DNA of 64,000 nt, taken from positions 24,611-88,610 of the forward strand of contig JALHSP010000040.1 of NCBI GenBank assembly GCA_022865305.1, written 5' to 3'. A model generated the notes under the pieces. It searched no databases. It was not told the origin of the DNA and saw only the letters and a program-made list of their open reading frames with translations. Made by a program: the position numbers and the translations under genes. Positions within the stretch are counted from its first letter, which is position 1; each line of letters begins with the position of its first letter. Positions 10,501-18,007 of the stretch are shown here, one piece after another. Origin of the DNA: Bacteroidales bacterium. GTDB lineage: Bacteria; Bacteroidota; Bacteroidia; Bacteroidales; VadinHA17.

Positions 10501-10739
10501 GAATCGGGGAAAAAAACTTCATAAAAATCAAACCCATCAAATCTGGCTAATCCGGCACCTGTTCCTACCCAGAGAAATCCGTTGTTATCCTGGTTAAGAG
10601 TGTAAATAAACCTGTCTGGAATTTTACTGTCAGTCCCGTAGTTCTTAAACCTGTAAGTCTGACCATTTGTTAATACTGAAAATAAAAATAAGCACCCGAT
10701 AGTGCTATAAAAAATTTTCTTCTTTGAAACAAATCTCAT
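7572..10739 (-). CDS. membrane sensor: two-component-regulator beta-propeller repeats + Y_Y_Y domain + TM + coiled coil + PP2C/SpoIIE-family phosphatase
   Basis: 1055 aa. Signal peptide, then many W.GT..GL-type propeller repeats. A Y_Y_Y-like segment follows (VFYITKLDNWDTDWSKL...GRYKFNMISVNEEG), then a TM helix (WWFIISLACFIAGIIVLIV). The cytoplasmic SpoIIE domain carries GDFYWFD...CADSTGHGVPGAFMS...DGMDM...FSDGLPDQFGG...DDVLMMGIKI. Confidence 0.85.
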   Translation of the reverse strand: MRFVSKKKIFYSTIGCLFLFSVLTNGQTYRFKNYGTDSKIPDRFIYTLNQDNNGFLWVGTGAGLARFDGFDFYEVFFPDSAAGRYPTVSLKDKNGTIWYGCNDGSVYYTEEGNLKTLSLSNTRSITDLLEGPDGFIYVIPQGNNIFSINPIRTNEVQTYSIDQNLVLFSACFTEAGNILFGTQENVHICRLDNDSIISINTIEGFDYSNILAIQKLKDKDSYLIGTDGNGLFHLRITPDGNLLARFRNYPQLEPLRIQSITEDSENNLWISTFGSGILQLRLNEKDETIESIRFFDKNSGLPGNDIKLVFQDIESDYWIGLYGNGLSLLNSVAFSFYSPGSTPETKNIIYINKINQDYFLGTPSGFYLFDLGNYNARSFTDLRQKTGKNEIISYCLDNERNIWIGTNGGGLFVRNNSGGVSQFFRSEDSGQNYVSDVEVDGKNIWLGTLNGVIILDRKRGNPKDTFNINNGLPHNSINQIFLTGEGKAAIATTADKLFLIDPDSGISSANAIMYGATMNKILSFTQDKDGVFWAATSGNGIFKCYNDSVKSLSRADQLMSDYCYSILADSRNKIWIGHERGFSIYNQETGIVKVLGTDFASGGACNPDGMYESDDGKILIGTTEGIIVFDRSKEQKDMVPPFNNINYITINNTRYPYQASYNLPYRKSYKIVVNYVGINFSDPGKVFYITKLDNWDTDWSKLTTDREIPYSPRDGRYKFNMISVNEEGFSQDTPVSFELHIKKPLWRTWWFIISLACFIAGIIVLIVREREKAQKKIQAYLEQELEARTRVVMKQKAELELQNIEITDSINYAKRIQTSILPDINRLKESFKDAFIFFRPRDIVSGDFYWFDKLGDDKFILVCADSTGHGVPGAFMSMIGSTLLQDVVSRQHITKPSEILTILNKQIFSTLNQNIELGVSNDGMDMVVCEISIKTRHIRFASAMRPVIVVIGGESFYIKGNRSSVGGESVIEKFFDDQEYYLNEGDTIYMFSDGLPDQFGGPYGKKMKIVRLRTLIEAVVKLPMDEQKEKILKYFDDWKGISEQVDDVLMMGIKI

Positions 10740-10750
10740 CTCAGACTTTC

Positions 10751-11758
10751 TTATTTTTTAGGATTTACAGGCGTTACTCTGATCTTTGCCTGATAAACCG
10801 GGACACCACCTATGGGTGAACTAAAAAATTTCAGAGCATCACCCCGCTGGTTTTCGAGGGTAACAACAACATTGTTATTCTTCACAAGTTCGCCCTGTTT
10901 CTTATGAAACTGAAAATCGAGGGAAGCTCCCATCTCTGCAGGCTCGATCGGTATGCTGCCTTCTATCCAGTTATCTTCAGCGGATATCGATGCTTCAATT
11001 CCCTGTCTGTATCTGGAAACGACAAGTATATGCCCGTCGCTGTCCCAGTCAAAATTTCTCTGTTTAACCCACACGATACCAGTATCGATATACGGATAGA
11101 TATGTGCCACGCTTTTAAAATCATTCCACATCCGGAATGTATACTCATATGTAAATGCATTGCCTCCCTCAACAGGAATATTGTTATCAGGATTGCGGCT
11201 GAGAAAATATCTGTAAAGATTTCCATCATCACCACTTATCCCTTCGCAGACAATCTTAAATATATATGCGTTCCATTTTGTATTGAAATCACCTTCAGTA
11301 GGGTTGAACGGTCCAAATGTATAATATTTATTGTCATACCGGGCCTCACCACCAAAAACCCTGGATGCCAATAGATTACCACCCTTATATTTTACTCCGT
11401 TCATTAATCCTCTTGAATCTTCATTCTTATCAGGATCAACCCCTTTACCTCCATACACTGAGAAAAGGGACCTGGTATTAAACTCGCCCTGAATTTCATC
11501 ATTCTCTCCTCCTGTATCAGGATCGAAAACTCTTATATAAAACTGTTGCTTGAAATCAACCGGAATTGTGAAGAAAAATACTCCATAAAAATCATCATCC
11601 CCCCATGATGTTTCACCTGCTTTTCCGAAAGTTACAAGGAATGGTATATTTTCATCTTTACCAGGAACAGGTTGTCCTAACAAAGATGATCTTGTCTGTA
11701 ACCCAGACAATAGAACAGTAAATATTACTATTAAATATATTGTTTTGTTAACTTTCAT
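10751..11758 (-). CDS. hypothetical secreted protein
   Basis: About 335 aa with a clear signal peptide (MKVNKTIYLIVIFTVLLSG). I recognise no domain. The first codon in the track is TTG at 11761, and an ATG follows immediately at 11758. It lies 11 nt upstream of the PP2C sensor gene. Confidence 0.6.
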   Translation of the reverse strand: MKVNKTIYLIVIFTVLLSGLQTRSSLLGQPVPGKDENIPFLVTFGKAGETSWGDDDFYGVFFFTIPVDFKQQFYIRVFDPDTGGENDEIQGEFNTRSLFSVYGGKGVDPDKNEDSRGLMNGVKYKGGNLLASRVFGGEARYDNKYYTFGPFNPTEGDFNTKWNAYIFKIVCEGISGDDGNLYRYFLSRNPDNNIPVEGGNAFTYEYTFRMWNDFKSVAHIYPYIDTGIVWVKQRNFDWDSDGHILVVSRYRQGIEASISAEDNWIEGSIPIEPAEMGASLDFQFHKKQGELVKNNNVVVTLENQRGDALKFFSSPIGGVPVYQAKIRVTPVNPKK

Positions 11759-11791
11759 CAATCCGCAAAATTAGTCATTTCATTTTCAGGA

Positions 11792-13219
11792 TCAGCGTAT
11801 GATCGTAATATTTTTCGAAACACATGCTTCCCTGATAATTCCACCCGGTTCCGGTTCAGTTGAGACAATCAGCTGAATATTATAGGTCCCGGGCTTTAAA
11901 TATGTTTTATCAACTTCCTTGCCAATTTCTATCGTTTCATCACCAAAATTCCAGTAATACCGGGCAATTTTCCATCCCGGCAAATTGGTGCTGTCAGCAC
12001 TGAACCTGATTCTCTGACCCGCCGTACCGTTATCGGGGCAAGAAATATATGGTTGTTCAGTATCCCTGATCTCAAGATTATATGTTTTTTCATTATATAG
12101 TATCTCCTTGGTAATAAGGTTCACTACATCAAGTTGTACAAGATAGGAACCGGCACCTGAATAACAGTGAACCACAGAAGAACCAATTCCCTTTTCTCCG
12201 TCACCGAATTTCCATTCATATCGAAATGGAAGAGTATCAAACTTCACCGCATTTTCCTCAATCATCTCGTAGCAATAATTGTTCTCAATAAGTGTGTCAC
12301 AGGAAGCTTTTCTGATGATTGTTGAAGCAAACCTGTAAATATCATCATTAAACCTGCGGTTTGACGAAAAATAACCTGTCTGAAGATTTGCATCAGCAAC
12401 AAAAGCAAAATCGTCGGAAGCAGAGTTTATCGGTTCCGGCACAAGAACCGGGAGCTCCCACCTGCCAAAACTTAACATTGTATAATAGACATCCAGCCTG
12501 CCTGGTCCACCCGGACGGTTTGAGGAGAAATATAATTTTCCGGAAGGATGCATATACGGATAGTTTTCAACTTGGGTAGAATTTACTTCCGGACCCAGAT
12601 TAACTGGGGAGCTCCATTCTCCGTTAATATATTCACAGTAATACAGATCTGATCTTCCCTGTCCGCCAGGCATATCAGAAGCGAAAAACAGGTATTTACC
12701 ATCTTTGCTTATTGACGGCTGACCAACCTCGTATTGCGGATTATTATACTGAAACGGACGTAATTTAACAAGGTCTGTTCCCGACAGCTCGGCAATAAAA
12801 ATACCACTATGGTTTTTGTAATTCCTCTTTTTAGTTACTTTACCCGTTTCTATCTCGCTGGTAAAATAAACTGTTCTTCCATCCGGGGCAAAACAAAGCG
12901 GACCATTATTAAATAAGGTACTCCTTTCGCTTTTAAGCATTTCAGGTTGCTCCCATTTCAAAGTATCTTTTCTTACAGCTAACCATATATTGTAGAGTCG
13001 TCTGCCCTCAAAAGAAGTCCGGTCTTTGATCCCGCTGAATCGCCTGTCGGAACAAAAAACGATGCCGTCTTTTACAATGACAGGAGATATTTCACTGAAA
13101 GCCCCTTTATTGAATGACATCCTTGTTACCTGGTAAACAGAAGGCTGTTGTGCCTTTATAATACACTTACCGAAGGATATTAAGAAGATAATAGTTATAT
13201 AAAATGTCTTCCTGATCAT
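11792..13219 (-). CDS. PD40 (TolB-like beta-propeller repeat) + two PKD domain protein
   Basis: PD40-type repeats (SPVIVKDGIVFCSDR, FAPDGRTVYFTS, PSISKDGKYLFFASD, MHPSGKLYFSSNRPGG). Two C-terminal PKD motifs (YEWKFGDGE...GSYLVQLDV and YYWNFGDET...GTYNIQLIV). Start set to the ATG at 13219 (MIRKTFYITIIFLISFGKC), 4 nt after the PorP/SprF stop. Confidence 0.75.
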   Translation of the reverse strand: MIRKTFYITIIFLISFGKCIIKAQQPSVYQVTRMSFNKGAFSEISPVIVKDGIVFCSDRRFSGIKDRTSFEGRRLYNIWLAVRKDTLKWEQPEMLKSERSTLFNNGPLCFAPDGRTVYFTSEIETGKVTKKRNYKNHSGIFIAELSGTDLVKLRPFQYNNPQYEVGQPSISKDGKYLFFASDMPGGQGRSDLYYCEYINGEWSSPVNLGPEVNSTQVENYPYMHPSGKLYFSSNRPGGPGRLDVYYTMLSFGRWELPVLVPEPINSASDDFAFVADANLQTGYFSSNRRFNDDIYRFASTIIRKASCDTLIENNYCYEMIEENAVKFDTLPFRYEWKFGDGEKGIGSSVVHCYSGAGSYLVQLDVVNLITKEILYNEKTYNLEIRDTEQPYISCPDNGTAGQRIRFSADSTNLPGWKIARYYWNFGDETIEIGKEVDKTYLKPGTYNIQLIVSTEPEPGGIIREACVSKNITIIR

Positions 13220-13223
13220 AAAA

Positions 13224-14186
13224 TTAAAAATACCTTGGATTTGCGGCACTTACCTTTGAGCCGAATTCATACCTGATAATAAATTCACTTGAACCTTTTG
13301 AATAAGAATTCATTCTTCCAATAGGATAATCATATGATAAACCGATCATCAGCTGAGGATTGATCTCTAACTGCAGGATCCCAACGACAACCTGCTCTGA
13401 GGTTCTCCATGATGCTCCTGCCCATATCAAATCATTAATTATAAAATTGCCATTAATATCAAATTGCGTAAGTTTTTTTGTACTCTGCAATGAATAGTCA
13501 ACCAGTACAGAAGGCTTGAATTTAAATGCAGAGGAAAAAGTTATAAGACCACCTGCAGAAAAAATTAAATCATACTGGTTGAAGCTGTGATATGCCTGGG
13601 TTGCGCCTGAATCTGTTTTTTTATAACTAAGAAATGAAGGGACTGAAAATCCGGCAAACAGATTATTGCTGAAATAGTACATACCGAAGCCTACATTCGG
13701 AAGAACATAAGGTTTCTCAGAGGTAGTGAAGACAGGATCACCGGCATCAATGAGAAGTAATCCCGTATAATCGGTATTGGACAGGTCAGCGCCGGCTTTT
13801 AATCCAAATGAAAGCTTGCCCTTTTTTAGCCTGAGATGGTAAGCATAAATAGCATAGATACTTGTTGATTTTGTAACTCCGTATTGCATGAACTGAGCTT
13901 TCAGACCGAGAGCTACCCTATCGTTTTTCGTCGGCGAATGCAGTGAAACTGACTGGAGCCTTGGAGAACCATCAATACCCATCCATTGCACCCTGTACGA
14001 TACAACTGCGCTTAATGCTTCCCTCGACCCGGCATATGCAGGATTTATCATCAGACCATTATGAAGATACTGGCTGTATACCGGATAACCGAGGCTTATC
14101 CCTGCAGAATCAGCACTCCCCTGTCCCCGGGAAATGTAATGAATCAGAAAAAACAATATAACTGAAATATATCTTAGTTTATTCAT
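13224..14186 (-). CDS. type IX secretion system membrane protein, PorP/SprF family
   Basis: Signal peptide, then the family motif YSQYLHNGLMINPAYAGS, a beta-barrel-like alternating pattern, and the C-terminal SSEFIIRYEF. It sits directly downstream of a type-B CTD cargo gene, the usual arrangement. Start set to the ATG at 14186; the track's ATG at 14207 is also possible. Confidence 0.85.
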   Translation of the reverse strand: MNKLRYISVILFFLIHYISRGQGSADSAGISLGYPVYSQYLHNGLMINPAYAGSREALSAVVSYRVQWMGIDGSPRLQSVSLHSPTKNDRVALGLKAQFMQYGVTKSTSIYAIYAYHLRLKKGKLSFGLKAGADLSNTDYTGLLLIDAGDPVFTTSEKPYVLPNVGFGMYYFSNNLFAGFSVPSFLSYKKTDSGATQAYHSFNQYDLIFSAGGLITFSSAFKFKPSVLVDYSLQSTKKLTQFDINGNFIINDLIWAGASWRTSEQVVVGILQLEINPQLMIGLSYDYPIGRMNSYSKGSSEFIIRYEFGSKVSAANPRYF

Positions 14187-14233
14187 ATCTGCTAATGCCC
14201 ACAACATTCATGAACTTCTCATTCCCACGTTAT

Positions 14234-17200
14234 TTAGTATCTTTTAAGAATTATAAAACCGCTTTTCGGAAATACCTGACCATTGCCTTTTGAAGTCAGT
14301 TTCAGTAAATAATAATAGGTACCTTCCGGAAGACTATCACCGGTGGAATTTTTACCATCCCAGTCAGTCCATTCTGCTCCATTGCGGTTGTTTGTTGCGA
14401 ATACTTCTGTTCCAGCACTGTTAACAATTATCAGCTCGGCAACCTGATTATCAAGATCAAGACCTTTTATCTCAAGCAAATCATTGAACGAATCGTCATT
14501 GGGAGAAAAACCTTCCGGCACCAGAATGCCGTAAACATTTACATCAACCATATCCTCCCTTATGCATGCTCCCACCTGAACAGTCCATAAAAACCTGTTT
14601 AATCCCAGTGATAAACCTGTAATCCTGGTTAAATTATTGTTTGGATTATCAAATACTCCGGTACCAGCACCAGTAACTAAAGTCCATGTGCCTGTTCCGC
14701 CCCACAGAACCGGTTCAGCTGCCATATACATAATATGATCAAACGAATACAGATTTGTATCAGGTCCTGCACTTATTATAAAATCAGCTGGAAGAGAGTC
14801 GATTGCTATATTCACTGTGTTTGAAGTATTTACACAGCAATCATTAGCTCCTGATTTTGCAATCCTTCGATATTGAATTGGTTTACTCAATGCTGGTGGC
14901 TGGTAACTGCCAGTTGGAGCGTTATTGGTTCCCGTTGCAGGATTCCATGTAGTTCCATCTGCACTTTCCTCCCACAGAAATAAATATGTTCCCGCACCGC
15001 CTGACAGTGCTATTCCGGAAGCCTGGGAAAGAAGATCCGGTGATTCATCCTTGCAAATGGTCTGAGATGCAGAGATGCTATTATCTTTTATAAGGGGCAA
15101 CACGGTTATATTAATGGATCCGCTTTCATCTGTACATTCCCCGGAAATCACCCTTCTTCGGTAATAAGTTGTTGCAGTTAATAACGTGGGGTGATAGTCA
15201 GGACCCGTAGCTGATGTTGAAATATCCGTCCAGTTTGAGTTATCGGGAGAGGAGGACCATTGATAAGCATAATCACCAGGAATTCCTGTGCCTCCGGAAG
15301 GCAGTATTGCTCCACCTTTAAGCAGGTTCGGTAATGCACCGTTGCAGATCGTAGTATCTGAAAGCCCCCCTGAAAGAAGCGAAATAGTGTTATTTTCAAT
15401 AGGTTTATGAACATTTATAACAAGAATGTTGCTTTTATTGGTGCATTTCGATGAATTGACAATTCTTCTGTACCATGTTGTATCGGTCAGTCCGGTGGCA
15501 AAAGATAATGAATTAAGCGTTCCCCTGTCTGACCAGGATCCGCTTTTGAGGCTATCCTGCCAGATATATGTATAGATACCTGAACCTTGCAGGGGAGTAG
15601 TGCCTGTAAGTGCATCCGGAATGGTACCGGAGCAAATAATATTATCTGCTGTAATTGCATTGTTTTTTATCTTGGGATATCTGGTCAGCCGTATCGGAGA
15701 GCTCACACTTTTGCATACATTGTCAGGGCCTGAAAAGACGACCCTTCTGAAAAACCTTAGTGAATCAGTAATAGTAAATACCGATGTATCGGGTGAATGA
15801 GTCTGATTAGTATTTATCCCCGAAGCCGGCAACCAATTTCCTGAAACCGAGGCTGCACTGTCCTGCCACTGGTATGTATATATTCCTGTACCACCACCGG
15901 CAGATGATGCACCAAGAGGGATAAAAACAGAGCCTTCACATATGACCGAATCAGGCCGGGATGTGATGTTTCCGGTAATCAAAGGCAATACATCCACTGA
16001 AACAGTTGAACTGGTATCAATGCAGCGACCGGATGTCACTATACGTTTATAATATGTAGTAATATTCAGCGCAGGCGGATCAAAAGATGCTAGAGTAGAA
16101 TTAGCTCCTTCGGCATTTTGTGCGGTAACCCAGGTTGTATTGGCAAGGTCCTGCAGCCATTGATAATAATATGATTTCCCATTACCGTTTGATGGTCCTG
16201 AGTTAAGAGGAACCAGACTCAGCGGATTCTGTCCATAACAGATAGTTGTGTCTTTTCCGACCAGGTTACCTGTAATTGCCGGCTGGACAATTATTTTAAC
16301 CCACTTGCTGGTGTCTGTCAGCAGAGTAACATCATCTTTTACGACGCGTCTGAACCATACATCACCCACCGGCTCAGTAGCAGATGGCCCATAGTTCAGG
16401 GTATTAGAAGATGGTATGTCGGCTGCCGCACCTGCCAGATTATAACTTTTCTGCCATAAATATGTATATGTTCCGGATCCGCCGACAGGTGATGTTCCGG
16501 TTATTAGCTTTGGAATAATATTAGAACATATTGAATCAGTCTGATCTCCGGTTATTGATGAGCGGATTGAGTTAAACAGGAATCCGTTAAGGACCGGCAC
16601 AAAAGATGTGAGGTTTTCACCTGCAGCACCATTACCTCCTGTTGCCACACCTGATCTCGTACCGACCAATCCAAATGTAATGGTTTTTGTAACATTTCCG
16701 GGAGTGGTGGCATTACTTGTAGTTATAAGACCGCCACCGCCACCGCCTCCTTCGCCAAATGTTCCCGGATTGTTGCCACCTTTGCCACCATTTGCCGAGA
16801 TAGTTAAATTGGATGTCGAATAGCTCTGAAGGTATAAAGCAACTGTTCCACCGGCTCCGCCACCTCCGGCACCTGCATATGTGCCCGTAGCAGCGTCTGC
16901 TCCCGCTCCGTTTGCCAGGATGCTCCTGTTGTTGCCTTTTAATGTATCGCATACAATAATTACGATTCCCGCGCCATTACCTCCGGGTGAGGCGGTTGAT
17001 CCGGCCAGATATGTCGATGAACCTCCACCGCCTCCCAGGAACATTCCTCCTGCCAGGGGTGTGACTTTTATTTGCTTTCCACCAAGTCCTCCATCAACAG
17101 GTCCTGTACAGGTAGCCATTTCACGTCCGCCCCTGCCGCCGGCACCGTAGTTTGCACCACCACCGCCTCCGGAAAACCGGCCGTTACCCCCTCCACCCCC

Positions 17201-17950
17201 GGTAAAATTAGTTCCTTTACCCTTGGCATATTTTGGATATATTGCAGGGAAAGTCGAAAGGTCAAGCCAGCCTCTTGTGACAGGACCTTCTCCTTTAAAA
17301 CCTGAATTCAAAGAATCGCGATGGAATGCGTATTTATCATACCTGGTGGAGTTCGTGCCAACACAGATACCCAGACCCAGAACCGCGGATCCTCCTATAA
17401 AACCCTGGCTTGAAACATCTATATTTGCATTCAGGGAAAGCGTATTTCCCACGATTACCGATAAGACTCCGCCTGTTTTGCTTATGCTGTCCCAGGGCTG
17501 AGAGGAAAGAGGGGCTTCATCAACTAAAGCATTGTTATATGATGGTACTTTTATTATCTGCACCGCTCCTTCAATACTAAATGTAGTATGGACAATATTA
17601 TTCCTGAATACAATTCTTTTCGTGCCTCCATCAACAGACTCAATTATCAGGAATTCGTGCATTCCGCTTGGGCCATAAGAGGATTCCGGCATTCCGTATG
17701 TTGCAGCTTCAATAGAATAGATCCTTACCCCTTTCATCTGAATCAGAAGGACAGTATCACCCACAGAAAACTGGGCAAATTGCGTTGTATCATCAACAAT
17801 AACATAGTCAGTTCCGATGGAAGTTACCCTGCCATACATATTGATTACACCATTGATCTTAGTCTGTGAAAATAAAGACCAGCTAAAGCCTAAAATAACA
17901 AACAGACTTAATATCAATCTTTTAATATTGCCAGACAAGCTTCCTGTCAT
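14234..17950 (-). CDS. large T9SS type-B sorting domain (gliding-motility-associated C-terminal domain, CHU_C-like) cell-surface protein
   Basis: Signal peptide. The C-terminal ~95 aa read LVPEGFSPNDDSFNDLLEIKG...EWTDWDGKNSTGDSLPEGTYYYLLKL...GFIILKRY, the type-B CTD signature. There is a glycine-rich region at aa ~250-445 and six ~95-aa Cys-bracketed repeats at aa ~455-1052. The track start at 17953 is TTG; an ATG follows at 17950. Confidence 0.85.
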   Translation of the reverse strand: MTGSLSGNIKRLILSLFVILGFSWSLFSQTKINGVINMYGRVTSIGTDYVIVDDTTQFAQFSVGDTVLLIQMKGVRIYSIEAATYGMPESSYGPSGMHEFLIIESVDGGTKRIVFRNNIVHTTFSIEGAVQIIKVPSYNNALVDEAPLSSQPWDSISKTGGVLSVIVGNTLSLNANIDVSSQGFIGGSAVLGLGICVGTNSTRYDKYAFHRDSLNSGFKGEGPVTRGWLDLSTFPAIYPKYAKGKGTNFTGGGGGNGRFSGGGGGANYGAGGRGGREMATCTGPVDGGLGGKQIKVTPLAGGMFLGGGGGSSTYLAGSTASPGGNGAGIVIIVCDTLKGNNRSILANGAGADAATGTYAGAGGGGAGGTVALYLQSYSTSNLTISANGGKGGNNPGTFGEGGGGGGGLITTSNATTPGNVTKTITFGLVGTRSGVATGGNGAAGENLTSFVPVLNGFLFNSIRSSITGDQTDSICSNIIPKLITGTSPVGGSGTYTYLWQKSYNLAGAAADIPSSNTLNYGPSATEPVGDVWFRRVVKDDVTLLTDTSKWVKIIVQPAITGNLVGKDTTICYGQNPLSLVPLNSGPSNGNGKSYYYQWLQDLANTTWVTAQNAEGANSTLASFDPPALNITTYYKRIVTSGRCIDTSSTVSVDVLPLITGNITSRPDSVICEGSVFIPLGASSAGGGTGIYTYQWQDSAASVSGNWLPASGINTNQTHSPDTSVFTITDSLRFFRRVVFSGPDNVCKSVSSPIRLTRYPKIKNNAITADNIICSGTIPDALTGTTPLQGSGIYTYIWQDSLKSGSWSDRGTLNSLSFATGLTDTTWYRRIVNSSKCTNKSNILVINVHKPIENNTISLLSGGLSDTTICNGALPNLLKGGAILPSGGTGIPGDYAYQWSSSPDNSNWTDISTSATGPDYHPTLLTATTYYRRRVISGECTDESGSINITVLPLIKDNSISASQTICKDESPDLLSQASGIALSGGAGTYLFLWEESADGTTWNPATGTNNAPTGSYQPPALSKPIQYRRIAKSGANDCCVNTSNTVNIAIDSLPADFIISAGPDTNLYSFDHIMYMAAEPVLWGGTGTWTLVTGAGTGVFDNPNNNLTRITGLSLGLNRFLWTVQVGACIREDMVDVNVYGILVPEGFSPNDDSFNDLLEIKGLDLDNQVAELIIVNSAGTEVFATNNRNGAEWTDWDGKNSTGDSLPEGTYYYLLKLTSKGNGQVFPKSGFIILKRY

Positions 17951-18007
17951 CAAAACCCAAAATGATCTGCTAATATACTAATTTATCGTAAATTCAATGT
18001 CAATTTA

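Noticed and set aside
16608-17150. Proline-rich + strand ORFs (16608-16823, 16881-17150) and the arginine/tryptophan-rich ORF 16713-16952
   Set aside because: They are the complement or frame-shifted readings of the GGN-rich codons of the glycine-rich cargo segment. No independent start context or family resemblance.
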